Shown: positions 8,057 to 17,071, numbered from the stretch's first letter. The stretch: DNA of 32,000 nt from Syntrophales bacterium (GCA_035542475.1 DATKLL010000003.1:31608-63607), one strand, 5' to 3'. Made by a program: numbers and translations. Notes: generated by a model from the sequence alone, not told the origin.

Positions 8057-9291
8057 CAAGACATCTTTTTTATGATCAGACTGGTGTTGACGCCGCCGAA
8101 GGCAAAGTTTTGGATGGTGGCGATCCGGACCGGCTGTTCTCTCAGTTTCACAACGTGGTTGATCATGGCGCATCTTTCATCTATCTCGTCCAGGTTCAGC
8201 GTCGGGGCTATAAATCCTTCCTCCATCAGATAAATCGCGATGATGGCCTCAATAGCGCCGCAGGAGCCCATCGTGTGCCCCATATAACTTTTCAATCCGA
8301 CAACACCGGGCAGATTTCCGTAAACGTCATAAATAGCCTGTGCTTCAATCACATCGCCCATCTTGGTTCCCGTCGCGTGGGCGCTGATAAGATCCATTTC
8401 ATCCGCGTTGATCCTGGCATCTTTCAGACCGATCCGTATAGTCTCTTTGATACCGTTCAGATTCGGCAGTATCAAATCACCGCCGTTGTTGTTGCAGGCA
8501 AACCCTATTACCTCGGCGAGCATGGGAGCGCCTCTCTTCCGTGCATATCCATACTCCTCCAGCATTACAGCCCCGGCCCCCTCCCCCACGACAAGGCCGT
8601 CCCTCATGGTATCAAACGGGCGCGGCGTCAGATGGGGCGTATCGTTAAAGGCCGTAGAACAAGCGAGGAGATTATCGAACACGGCGACGGTGGTCGTATC
8701 GTACTCATCGGCCCCTCCGCAAAGCATGGCGTCCTGCATACCGTATTTTATTGCTTCATAACCGTAGCCGATGGACTGGCTGCTTGTTGTGCATGCCGTG
8801 CATGATGATATGACGCGGCCTGTAATACCGAACATCTTGGTAATATTGACGGCTGTGGTATGAACCATGGATTTCAGGTAATCTACAGCGCCGATGGTAG
8901 AAAAATCATTTTGGGATGCACCGAAAAAAGTCCGGTAGATATCCCGTTGAACAGTAGGACTCCCGTGGGTCGAGCCGAAGGCAACGCCCAAACGGCCGGA
9001 CGTGACAAATCCCTGATCCAGACCGGCGGCCCCAATCACCTCTTTGGCTACCTGACACGCGTAATAGGCTACGGGCCCCATGGTTTTTCTGTGCTGACGC
9101 TTGAAATCGTACGATACGGGGTAATCAACGGTTCCAAACACCTTGGAGTGGATATGGGAAGACAACAGGCCGTCCTCACGCAAGGTTTTTACTCCGGAGA
9201 TCCCATTAACCAGGCTGTGAATAATTTCTTCTTTGGTGCGGCCGATGGGAGTGATTGATGAACACGCTGTAATGACTACCCTTCTTTCCAT
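8056..9291 (-). CDS. Beta-ketoacyl-ACP synthase (FabB/FabF-like KS)
   Basis: Cys-His-His motifs 'SSCTACTTS', 'HATGTKMGD' and 'GHTMGSCGAIE'. The ATG at 9291 is preceded by GGAG; the ORF track extends to 9321 and overlaps the upstream ACP. Confidence 0.85.
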   Translation of the reverse strand: MERRVVITACSSITPIGRTKEEIIHSLVNGISGVKTLREDGLLSSHIHSKVFGTVDYPVSYDFKRQHRKTMGPVAYYACQVAKEVIGAAGLDQGFVTSGRLGVAFGSTHGSPTVQRDIYRTFFGASQNDFSTIGAVDYLKSMVHTTAVNITKMFGITGRVISSCTACTTSSQSIGYGYEAIKYGMQDAMLCGGADEYDTTTVAVFDNLLACSTAFNDTPHLTPRPFDTMRDGLVVGEGAGAVMLEEYGYARKRGAPMLAEVIGFACNNNGGDLILPNLNGIKETIRIGLKDARINADEMDLISAHATGTKMGDVIEAQAIYDVYGNLPGVVGLKSYMGHTMGSCGAIEAIIAIYLMEEGFIAPTLNLDEIDERCAMINHVVKLREQPVRIATIQNFAFGGVNTSLIIKKMS

Positions 9292-9301
9292 AAGGCTCCG
9301 T

Positions 9302-9586
9302 TCATGTAAGACCGGCTTCACCGCCGGACAGTACCGGCCTTGTCCTAGTCAGCGACTCAATATAATCGCAGATCTGATTGATAGTCCGGATATCCATGGC
9401 CTGTTTCTTTTCCTCTTGGGTCAGTTCGTAACCGAGCATTTTTTCGATCTTGAGGAGCAGCTCGATGGCATCTATACTGTCAAACCCGTGCTTTTCTCTC
9501 AGGTTATCATCCAATCCCGGATTTTCAATCTCAAACTCCTTGCGAAAGAAATGGAGTATTTGAGTTATAATTTCATCGCGTGTCAT
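9302..9586 (-). CDS. Acyl carrier protein
   Basis: 94 aa from 'MTRDEIITQILHFF', with the phosphopantetheine-attachment motif 'GFDSIDAIELL'. The upstream part of ORF 9302-9757 is a spurious N-terminal extension. Confidence 0.85.
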   Translation of the reverse strand: MTRDEIITQILHFFRKEFEIENPGLDDNLREKHGFDSIDAIELLLKIEKMLGYELTQEEKKQAMDIRTINQICDYIESLTRTRPVLSGGEAGLT

Positions 9587-9635
9587 ATATAGGTCAGAAC
9601 TTTCCTGAAAGTCTTTTCTATTGTTTCCTGACCGG

Positions 9636-10115
9636 TCACTGCGGGAATGTCTTCCAGAGATGAACCGTCTTCGGATCGACGGCCACAGGCTTACCCGATG
9701 CATTAAGGGCACAATGCCTGGTGAATCCCTTGCAGATGATCCCCCCTGTTTCCGCATGGGTGATCACATAATCGAACCGGAGCTTCACCCGCTCAAGCTC
9801 CCCCGGCCGCGTATAAACCAACATGAGATCATCATAAAAGAGCGGCTCATGGAAACATATACCCAGTTCTATAATCGGATATAGATAGCCGCTCTCTTCT
9901 ATTTCCCGGTAAGGATATGCCGCATGCCGCATTAGTGACGTACGACCGAACTCGAAGTAACGGAGATAGTTCGCGTGATAGACTACCGATGAACGATCCG
10001 TATCTGCGTAAAGTGTGCGCATCTCGCATCGGTGCCAGGCAAGGCCGGTTTCCTGATCACGGACATAGCAGTTATCAAGCCCGGCTGTCTCCGGTCTGAA
10101 CGGTTTCGGTTTCAT
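9636..10115 (-). CDS. 4HBT-family hotdog acyl-CoA/ACP thioesterase (YbgC-like)
   Basis: 'RTLYADTDRSSVVYHANYLRYFEFGR' is a 4-hydroxybenzoyl-CoA thioesterase-type motif. The ATG at 10115 is preceded by GAGGAG and sits 1 nt after the KS stop. Confidence 0.8.
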   Translation of the reverse strand: MKPKPFRPETAGLDNCYVRDQETGLAWHRCEMRTLYADTDRSSVVYHANYLRYFEFGRTSLMRHAAYPYREIEESGYLYPIIELGICFHEPLFYDDLMLVYTRPGELERVKLRFDYVITHAETGGIICKGFTRHCALNASGKPVAVDPKTVHLWKTFPQ

Positions 10116-10116
10116 C

Positions 10117-11382
10117 CTATACTCCTCTGAATATAACGCAACAGTTTGTACCTCCAAACCCGAAGGCATTTGACAGGGCGATTTCATGCCGCTGCCTCCG
10201 TGCCTCGTTGGGAACAAAGTCCAATCCGCCAAACTTGGGATCGGGGATATAATTTATTGTAGGGAGGATCACTCCCCTTTGCATCCCTTCGATGGCCAGT
10301 GCATTTTCTATGGCGGCGGTAGCGCCGAGGGAATGGCCTATCTGTGATTTGTTGGACGATATGGGAATATGCCTTAATTCGTCTCCAAAAACGGCTCGCA
10401 GACATTCCACCTCCATACTGTCTCCCGTGGTCGTCGACGTTCCATGGGCATTTATATATCCCACATCATTCGGCTTGAGCCCCGCATCGTCGATGGTTTC
10501 CACTATCGCCCGGATGGTCGTAGATTTATTCGGCCTCGTAAAATGATGGGCATCCGACGTCCAGCCTATACCCATGACCTCAGCCTTTGCCTTGAGTCCG
10601 TGAGCCGAGAGGGCCTCATCCGCTGCAAGAACGATCACCCCTCCTCCCTCAGACACGACAAAACCTTTCCTGTCAATGCTGAAAGGTCGCGATGCCTGCG
10701 AAGGATCATTATAGGCACGATCGTTGTGATGTATCTTTATTGTGGCATTCATATTGGCAAAACCATGGATGATCTCCGGTATGACAGGCATCTCCACACC
10801 GCCGGCGAGGACGAAGTCACAATCCCCGTCCCGTATCATCCTTGACCCGATGGCGATGGCGTGATTCCCTGTGGCGCATGCACTCTGCGGTGAAAATATC
10901 GGACCGGTGAAGCCCAGAAGCATTCCGGCCTTGCCTGACGGCAGATTGGCGCAGAGATTGGGGAGCAGGTAAGGGCTAACTTTTAGCGGCCCTTTGTCCC
11001 TCAGATTTTCCATAGCAATGCGGAAGGAATCCGTTCCGTTTATGGCAGAGCCGATCAGACAGGCCGTTCTCGGCCCAGTATCTTTGTTTATTTGCAGCCT
11101 GGAATTTTCCAAGGCTTCTTTACAGACTGCCATGGTAAGAATAACAAAGGCTGCGTTCCAGTTGTAAACTTCCTTCTCACTCGAAAAATCGTAAGTCCGG
11201 GGATCCCAGTCAGGTATCTCTCCCACTACATTACTTAGGGATTTCACATGGCATCGGGTAACCCTGCGGAAACCGGCTTCGCCTTTAACCGCGCGCTCCC
11301 AGGTCTTGCCGAAGGTCTTTCCCAGCGGTGTTGCCACGCCGTAGCCAATGACAAAGACTTTTCTGTTCTTTGGTGCCTTCAT
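10117..11382 (-). CDS. Beta-ketoacyl-ACP synthase II-like KS
   Basis: 'SPQSACATGNHAIAIG', 'NAHGTSTTTGD' and 'KSQIGHSLGATAAIE'. The ORF-track start at 11418 lies inside the hairpin repeat of the GIY-YIG element, so 'MKAPKNRKVFVIGYG' (11382) is the more natural N-terminus. Confidence 0.85.
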   Translation of the reverse strand: MKAPKNRKVFVIGYGVATPLGKTFGKTWERAVKGEAGFRRVTRCHVKSLSNVVGEIPDWDPRTYDFSSEKEVYNWNAAFVILTMAVCKEALENSRLQINKDTGPRTACLIGSAINGTDSFRIAMENLRDKGPLKVSPYLLPNLCANLPSGKAGMLLGFTGPIFSPQSACATGNHAIAIGSRMIRDGDCDFVLAGGVEMPVIPEIIHGFANMNATIKIHHNDRAYNDPSQASRPFSIDRKGFVVSEGGGVIVLAADEALSAHGLKAKAEVMGIGWTSDAHHFTRPNKSTTIRAIVETIDDAGLKPNDVGYINAHGTSTTTGDSMEVECLRAVFGDELRHIPISSNKSQIGHSLGATAAIENALAIEGMQRGVILPTINYIPDPKFGGLDFVPNEARRQRHEIALSNAFGFGGTNCCVIFRGV

Positions 11383-11412
11383 ATGTTCACAGTTTGAATA
11401 TTGCTCTTGAAT

Positions 11413-11767
11413 TGTCATTCCCGCGGAAGCGGGAATCCAGTATTACAAACAAATAGTTTCATATAAGTCATCCCATTTGGGATATCTCTCTCTATGAGAT
11501 TTAGCTTCCACTGCCTATTCCATTTCTTTATCTGTTTCTCTCTGACAATTGCGCCCTCCGCTGTCTCATGCACTTCATACCACACCAGGCGGTGGACGTT
11601 GTATTTTTTTGAGAATCCATTAACCAGTTTATTTTTGTGTTCATATACACGTTTAATCAAGTCTGATGTTACACCTATATATAGTGTGCCGTTTCGTTTA
11701 CTACAAAGAATATAAACATAAAAGTCCTTCATATATCATCTGGATTCCCGTCTACACGGGAATGACA
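11413..11767 (-). mobile_element. Compact GIY-YIG cassette bounded by 28-nt hairpin-forming inverted repeats
   Basis: The left end 'tgtcattcccgcggaagcgggaatccag' (11413-11440) matches the reverse complement of the right end 'ctggattcccgtctacacgggaatgaca' (11740-11767), except in the 6-nt centre. Each end is itself a 7-8 bp hairpin. The only gene inside is a GIY-YIG ORF. Confidence 0.5.
11415..11732 (-). CDS. Small GIY-YIG nuclease-superfamily protein (UPF0213/COG2827-like)
   Basis: 'FYVYILCSKRNGTLYIGVTSDLIKRVYEHK' carries the GIY...YIG motifs, followed by 'REKQIKKWNRQWK'. The last nine codons ('NTGFPLPRE') are read out of the flanking repeat. Confidence 0.85.
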   Translation of the reverse strand: MKDFYVYILCSKRNGTLYIGVTSDLIKRVYEHKNKLVNGFSKKYNVHRLVWYEVHETAEGAIVREKQIKKWNRQWKLNLIERDIPNGMTYMKLFVCNTGFPLPRE

Positions 11768-11798
11768 TGAGGCAATTGGCTCTCGTCAGAGTTATTCA

Positions 11799-13097
11799 TC
11801 ATCCAACCCTGCGCAGGACAATGCAGGAATTGCAGCCGCCAAATCCGAATGCATTTTTTAACACATGCTCCTGAGCCAACCTTCTCGCCCCTTCCGGCAC
11901 GCAGTCGATTATGATATCCGGATCAGGTAGATAATTTATCGTGGGGAGAACAGTATCACGTATCATTCCTTCCATGGCAAGGATTATCTCAATAGCGGAG
12001 GACGCCCCCATTGCATGGCCCGTCTGAGACTTGTTTGCCGATACCGGCGGTATATCACTGCCAAAGATATCCTTCAGTGCATCACCTTCCACCTTGTCAC
12101 CGATCTTTGTCGACGTCCCGTGGGCGTTGACCGCATCAATATCTCCCGGCTGCAAGCCGGAATGAGCAATACTTTCCGCAACGCACATCTTCACCGTTTC
12201 CAGGTTCGGAGCAACAAAATGATGCGCGTCCGACGTCATGCCCCATCCCGCCATTTCAATTCTGGGGGTTATTCCATGGACCTTCGCAAAATCCTTACTT
12301 GCCAGGATAATACAGCCGGCACCCTCAGATACGACGAAGCCCCTCCTGTTGATGGAGAAAGGACGGCTTGCCTTATCCGGAGACTCTTCCGGTTGCCCTT
12401 CCTTCGGCCGGTATGCGCCGTTCATCGTGAAAAAACCGCCCACTATGGTTTCAACAAGAGGGAAATCTACGGCGCCACAGATGACTGCGTCCGCCATACC
12501 CTGCTCTATTAACATGGCCCCGATAATCATGGAGGTGGAACCCGTGGCGCAGGCGGTAATGGTCGAGGTTATGGGTCCTGTAGCCCCGGTCATAATGGAA
12601 ATTTTTCCCCCTACCATATTGATGCAGGAGTTTGCATTGGTAAACGGATGGGGCAATTTCCCCCCGGAAACCCACATCCTGTCCGCACGAATCACTGCAT
12701 CAAGACCGCCGACAGCGGTACTGAAGGTAATAGCTACTCTGGAAGCGATATCATCCGTTATTTCAAGCCCGCTTTTTACAAGAGCCCGGTGGACTACCAG
12801 CATGGCATGGCTGAAAACAGGTGATGTCCATAGTGCCATGTCACGGGATTTCAAGAAAGGATAGGAGCTGGTGTTAATATCATCAACCTGGCCTGCTATT
12901 CTTACGGGAAATCCTTCACGGAGAGGGAAACGCGTCAATGCACCAATACCGCTTGCGCCGCGCGATGCACGCTCCCATTGGGTTTCCGTATCGATACCCA
13001 GGGGTGATACGGCGTCATAACCCAATATAACAGGTCTAATACTTTTCATCCTTGTCTGCTTGTTTTTAGGCGCAAGGGGAGTTCGTGAAGCTACCAT
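11799..13097 (-). CDS. Beta-ketoacyl-ACP synthase II-like KS
   Basis: 'TSTITACATGSTSMIIG', 'NAHGTSTKIGD' and 'KSQTGHAMGASSAIE'. An alternative start 'MKSIRPVILGYD' lies at 13049. Confidence 0.85.
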   Translation of the reverse strand: MVASRTPLAPKNKQTRMKSIRPVILGYDAVSPLGIDTETQWERASRGASGIGALTRFPLREGFPVRIAGQVDDINTSSYPFLKSRDMALWTSPVFSHAMLVVHRALVKSGLEITDDIASRVAITFSTAVGGLDAVIRADRMWVSGGKLPHPFTNANSCINMVGGKISIMTGATGPITSTITACATGSTSMIIGAMLIEQGMADAVICGAVDFPLVETIVGGFFTMNGAYRPKEGQPEESPDKASRPFSINRRGFVVSEGAGCIILASKDFAKVHGITPRIEMAGWGMTSDAHHFVAPNLETVKMCVAESIAHSGLQPGDIDAVNAHGTSTKIGDKVEGDALKDIFGSDIPPVSANKSQTGHAMGASSAIEIILAMEGMIRDTVLPTINYLPDPDIIIDCVPEGARRLAQEHVLKNAFGFGGCNSCIVLRRVG

Positions 13098-14089
13098 GGT
13101 ATGAACCGGTAGAGTTTGGCGAACATTTCGTATACTTCAATCCAGTTCTGGAGATCCTTCGTTGAATTCAGATGCTCTCTCTTATTGACCATAACCCAGC
13201 TCATATGCGCAGCGCCATCCTTGCAGGTTGAACAATCCCTTGTTGCAGAGGTGCAGCACCGGTGCATGGTTTGCAGATCCGAAGCCCAGCGGATAAAACG
13301 GATGAGCCTTTTCGGCTGAGGATTTCTGTTATCCAAAGGTTCCGTAACGGACGGGCACTCTGTCCATCCGAATGTCCTATTCATCATCCTGCCCGCGGTG
13401 ATAATCTCATGATAATATTTGCAGGAAATAACGGTCCGCGGGTATTTTTCAAGCATATCGTCCATTTCGGACCGAACGTCTCTCAGCTTATCTTTTGTCC
13501 AGAAAAAACCGTCGACTCTTTCATCATTCGTCAGCAACTGTAAGTGGACCTTCAGACCTACATCGGCAATCTTGCTGATTACACGTTCTATACGCCCGAC
13601 CTGCTTTGGCGTAATAGTGTAAAGGTAATAGGTATTCGGATCTCCTGCGTAATTCTTGCCGGATACGGCGAATGTGTCTTTCCCCCTGAGCAATTTTTCA
13701 TCTTCCTCATCACCCCACAGTGAAATACCCACCATCATATCGGGAAAACGTTCTCTGGGAATCTTGATCAAACCGTTGGTCGCGCAGTATGTCGGCAGCA
13801 GTTTGTAAAAAGCCTCGATCCGGTCGAGAAAGAGTGTCGGTTCCCCGCCGATTAGTATAGCAAGATTTACGCCCCGCTCTTTTTCCTTTTGAACAAACCG
13901 GTACCATTTTCCGACATCCGTTTCCTCGGTGGCCGCCTGATGTTCATTGGAAGAAAAGAAGAAACAGCCCTTGCAGCGCAAATTGCATTGATTGGTTACA
14001 TCGTAGATGGAACTGCGAATATTCAGACTGGATATTTTTTTGTAACGCTCATGCCATGCCTTATCCAGTAAGGAGCTGACAGTTTTCAT
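13091..14089 (-). CDS. Radical SAM enzyme (no B12 domain), paralogue A
   Basis: 'YDVTNQCNLRCKGCFF' (CxxxCxxC), 'ILIGGEPTL', and a C-terminal Cys cluster 'HRCCTSATRDCSTCK'. It aligns along its length with ORF 14169-15311. Confidence 0.8.
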   Translation of the reverse strand: MKTVSSLLDKAWHERYKKISSLNIRSSIYDVTNQCNLRCKGCFFFSSNEHQAATEETDVGKWYRFVQKEKERGVNLAILIGGEPTLFLDRIEAFYKLLPTYCATNGLIKIPRERFPDMMVGISLWGDEEDEKLLRGKDTFAVSGKNYAGDPNTYYLYTITPKQVGRIERVISKIADVGLKVHLQLLTNDERVDGFFWTKDKLRDVRSEMDDMLEKYPRTVISCKYYHEIITAGRMMNRTFGWTECPSVTEPLDNRNPQPKRLIRFIRWASDLQTMHRCCTSATRDCSTCKDGAAHMSWVMVNKREHLNSTKDLQNWIEVYEMFAKLYRFIPW

Positions 14090-14168
14090 AAATACCTATT
14101 CACGCACATTTCAATTGACGATCAAATTTGGGACAGAGGATATATCCCGCTTTTCATAACTACATTTT

Positions 14169-15248
14169 TCAGGGTGGCGCAATCATATCGCGACAGAGGT
14201 TCTCGCCCTTTTCATAACCCATGACCCAGACGGCAAGATACGTATCCACATAGTCGAGCCATGATTTGAAGGTGTCCGGGTCGGTCACATGTCGATACAG
14301 GCGTGCCGTAACAACAGCGCTGCCGGCTGCGTAATGCCTGCATTCTTCACAATCCGTGTCGGGAACACAGCAGGCCACTTCTCTGTCCCAAGAGAGATCC
14401 GCCCTATACTGCCTGAAAGACCTTCCGAGACCGATGTCTGTCGAAGGATTCCTTCTCGGGTAAGAACACCCATAAAGGGCGTGCAGGCCGTACTGGTGAG
14501 TATGTGCAACTGCGTTGTAGGGGGAAAAGAGTATATTTGCATGATAGCGGGAAAGAATATCCATCATCACTTTGCGCGTCCGGTTAAGAGAATCCTTATC
14601 ATGTCTCAACGGACCGGTGTATCCGACAGGTGACGAAAAAACATTAAAGGTGATCTTGCAATCATTTGCGGCAATGGTGTCCATCACCTCATATACTTCA
14701 TCTATATTATCCTGCGTAAAGGTATACACGAAGACCGCCCTGTGATCACCACGGTAATTGTCGATCTGTTTTGAAAGCAGATTTTTTGCCCTTCTGACAC
14801 GCAGGCTCGTTTCATCATTTCCCCAGACGGAGATATGGATCTTGTAGCCGACCGATTCGGGGATGAATTTAAAACCATTCGTGGCTATGCACCCCAGCGG
14901 CATCTCCTCGTGGCAGACCTCGAGAAGCTGAGGAACCATGGACGGCTCGGCACCGGCCAGAACTACATATGTAATGCCCCTTGCCTTTTCCTTCTTCATC
15001 AGCGTTCGCCATGCCTGCGGGTCCTCATTTCCTTGAGCGAATTGCTTTTCACCTTTATAATAATAACAACCGTCGCATCGTATGTTGCAGCGGTTTGTCA
15101 TATCATACGTGGATTCTCGGAGGAAAAAAAACTTCCTCACCTTTTCCCAGCGCCGACGTACTTCAGGCTCGGCCAGCAGCTCGGAAAATTTCCATTTTCT
15201 TGTCCCTTTATCAAATTGAGGAATTGTTATGATGTCCGTGGTATTCAT
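14169..15248 (-). CDS. Radical SAM enzyme (no B12 domain), paralogue B
   Basis: 'YDMTNRCNIRCDGCYYY', 'VVLAGAEPSM', and a C-terminal 'ACCVPDTDCEECR'. The start at 15248 ('MNTTDII') avoids overlap with the ACP; the ORF track extends to 15311. Confidence 0.8.
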   Translation of the reverse strand: MNTTDIITIPQFDKGTRKWKFSELLAEPEVRRRWEKVRKFFFLRESTYDMTNRCNIRCDGCYYYKGEKQFAQGNEDPQAWRTLMKKEKARGITYVVLAGAEPSMVPQLLEVCHEEMPLGCIATNGFKFIPESVGYKIHISVWGNDETSLRVRRAKNLLSKQIDNYRGDHRAVFVYTFTQDNIDEVYEVMDTIAANDCKITFNVFSSPVGYTGPLRHDKDSLNRTRKVMMDILSRYHANILFSPYNAVAHTHQYGLHALYGCSYPRRNPSTDIGLGRSFRQYRADLSWDREVACCVPDTDCEECRHYAAGSAVVTARLYRHVTDPDTFKSWLDYVDTYLAVWVMGYEKGENLCRDMIAPP

Positions 15249-15276
15249 GAATATTTCAAGAAGGGTCCCATTTGGC

Positions 15277-15543
15277 TCATGCTGCCTGCTTCTGCTCAAT
15301 ATATTCGGCAATCATGCGAATGTTTCTGAGTTTGGGATAATCATCCTCATCGATGGTGATGCCGTATTCGTCCTGAAGCACAAGAACCACTGTAGCCAGA
15401 TCCATGCTGTCAACGCCGAGTTCATCCACCAGATCAAGATCGGGATCGAACGTTTCCGGTGTAATCTCTTCCAGCTTCAGTTCGAGGATGATAATTTCGG
15501 CAATCCGAAATATCAGCGCCTTTTTATTCATACTCATGAGCAT
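15277..15543 (-). CDS. Acyl carrier protein
   Basis: 88 aa with the attachment motif 'LGVDSMDLATVV'. Confidence 0.85.
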   Translation of the reverse strand: MLMSMNKKALIFRIAEIIILELKLEEITPETFDPDLDLVDELGVDSMDLATVVLVLQDEYGITIDEDDYPKLRNIRMIAEYIEQKQAA

Positions 15544-15649
15544 TCACAATCCTCCCCGCGTAAATAAATCGTCACAGCCATATTTTTTCTTGAACATAAT
15601 TATATTGCACCAAAAACTGGTGACTATTGTTTCAGTCTTACTTAGCACT

Positions 15650-16024
15650 TTACTCCGACAGCAGCTCAGCCACAATGATACCGCTGCATGCCGTTTTTCC
15701 TCTCACATCGACATCAAAATGGTAGGCAAGTCTTCCATCCTGATGGGATGAGGAAGTGGATATGTGGAGCAATTCATCCGGTTTTACCGGCAGCCTGAAT
15801 CTGACCCTCCTTATACTGGTTATCCTTATCTTTTTTCCTTTCTCAGATTCATGGTGCGTAATCGCATCCGTCACCATGGACAGGATGGCAATGCCGGGCA
15901 GAATCGGGTCACCGGGAAAATGACCGGAATACCATGGTGATCCGGCCTCTGCACAGGCTTCTGCAAGAATTGCGCTGTCTGTCGGTTCTTCCTTATACGA
16001 TATACTGTACCATGCCTCATCCAT
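15650..16024 (-). CDS. FabZ/FabA-like 3-hydroxyacyl-ACP dehydratase (single hotdog)
   Basis: 'YSGHFPGDPILPGIAILSMV' matches the HFPxxPxxPG catalytic-His motif of FabZ-type dehydratases. Confidence 0.8.
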   Translation of the reverse strand: MDEAWYSISYKEEPTDSAILAEACAEAGSPWYSGHFPGDPILPGIAILSMVTDAITHHESEKGKKIRITSIRRVRFRLPVKPDELLHISTSSSHQDGRLAYHFDVDVRGKTACSGIIVAELLSE

Positions 16025-16052
16025 GATTACTTACCGTATATATAAGTTATTT

Positions 16053-16081
16053 TATTTATCATTGATCCAATAGCATGTCAA
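16053..16081 (-). promoter_or_regulatory. Candidate sigma70-type promoter for the FabZ-like/ACP/rSAM/KS sub-operon
   Basis: Minus strand reads TTGACA (16081-16076), a 17-nt spacer ending in TGA (extended -10), then TAAATA (16058-16053). It lies about 30 nt upstream of the ATG at 16024, in a 222-bp AT-rich gap. Confidence 0.3.
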
Positions 16082-16246
16082 AAAAATATTTTTAATGCTT
16101 ATATGTTCATAAATATTTTGAAAATTTAGGCCAGCGGCATGGCAATATTTTATTTATCAATCGCTTACGGAATTTCTCCCTAGTCTACCCTGAATAATCC
16201 GAAAGGGTCGAAATGGCAATAAGAATCATTTCATATAGAAGTCATG

Positions 16247-17071
16247 TTATCCTTGATTATCTCCGGTCCATATCATAACGGGTCGTCCCAGAAGTTCAGC
16301 AAGAGGCACTATCTGTAATCCCTTGCTTTTCAAACCTGAAAGTATCAAGTCAATCTCGCGCAAAAAGTATTCCTTGCCGATCGCCTTCTTTGGTTGGACA
16401 TCATGAAGAAGGATTACGTCATCCGGCTTCACCTTGTTCAATATTCTATCAGACAATTTTTTAATATACCTGTTCCCGAAGTCATTGGCCCGACAAGTGA
16501 AGGTCACGCAATAAAGCCCCTGTTGAAACAAGACTTCAGCCAGTCGCGGATTGGTGATGCCTACAGGCGGCCGGAAAGCAGCAGGTGAGATGCCAAATTG
16601 TTTCAAGAGGGCCTGCGTCGATTCGATCTCCGTATACAGCTTTTCTGAACAGCGCAGCATTAGAAAAGGATCATGCCTGTATGAATGATTGCCGATGTCA
16701 TGGCCACGTGCAAGTATCTCTGCAATCAGGTCGCCGTATTTAGCGGCCTTTTCACCGGTAACGAAGAAAGTGGCCTTTGCCGCATGACGGTCCAGCAGTT
16801 GTAGAATATGTCTGGTAGTCTCCGGATCGGGCCCGTCATCGAATGTTACAGATACCATTGGTCTTCCTGTATATCCCCGGCTGTTGACAGGCAAGAAGAA
16901 ACCCCTTGATGGGATAAAGGGGGCCGCCGCGCAGAGAAAAACAAAAACAGACAGGGGAATGACTGCAAAGTAGCCAGAAAAAAAGGACAGCACTATCGCA
17001 AGTGCAATGGCGAAAAAGCCGGTTACAGCCGCCGGAGATATATATGCCGTCCCTTCTAGGTCACGCTTCAT
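16247..17071 (-). CDS. NodB-family polysaccharide/carbohydrate deacetylase with N-terminal TM anchor
   Basis: 'VTFDDGPDPETT' and 'GNHSYRHD' NodB motifs. The start 'MKRDLEG' at 17071 shares one base with the upstream stop (TGATG); the ORF-track extension to 17167 is spurious. Confidence 0.85.
   Translation of the reverse strand: MKRDLEGTAYISPAAVTGFFAIALAIVLSFFSGYFAVIPLSVFVFLCAAAPFIPSRGFFLPVNSRGYTGRPMVSVTFDDGPDPETTRHILQLLDRHAAKATFFVTGEKAAKYGDLIAEILARGHDIGNHSYRHDPFLMLRCSEKLYTEIESTQALLKQFGISPAAFRPPVGITNPRLAEVLFQQGLYCVTFTCRANDFGNRYIKKLSDRILNKVKPDDVILLHDVQPKKAIGKEYFLREIDLILSGLKSKGLQIVPLAELLGRPVMIWTGDNQG

Noticed and set aside
7903-8805. Long antisense ORFs opposite strongly supported genes, for example 7903-8805 (+), 6190-6852 (+), 12238-12864 (+), 10444-10845 (+), 14835-15329 (+), 23518-23952 (-) and 27930-28465 (+).
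   Set aside because: Their translations are low-complexity or Arg/Pro/Ser-rich with no recognisable motifs. Each lies fully inside a gene on the other strand that has clear catalytic signatures, so they are shadow ORFs.
9587-9757. N-terminal extensions in the ORF track: 9302-9757, 9636-10232, 16247-17167, 18414-19982, 22222-22587, 14169-15311, 25225-26214, 2514-4016 and 625-1182.
   Set aside because: The extensions overlap the preceding gene and lack family-like sequence. Internal ATG/GTG codons with RBS-like sequences or stop/start overlaps give the expected N-termini. I trimmed the starts, but they remain predictions.
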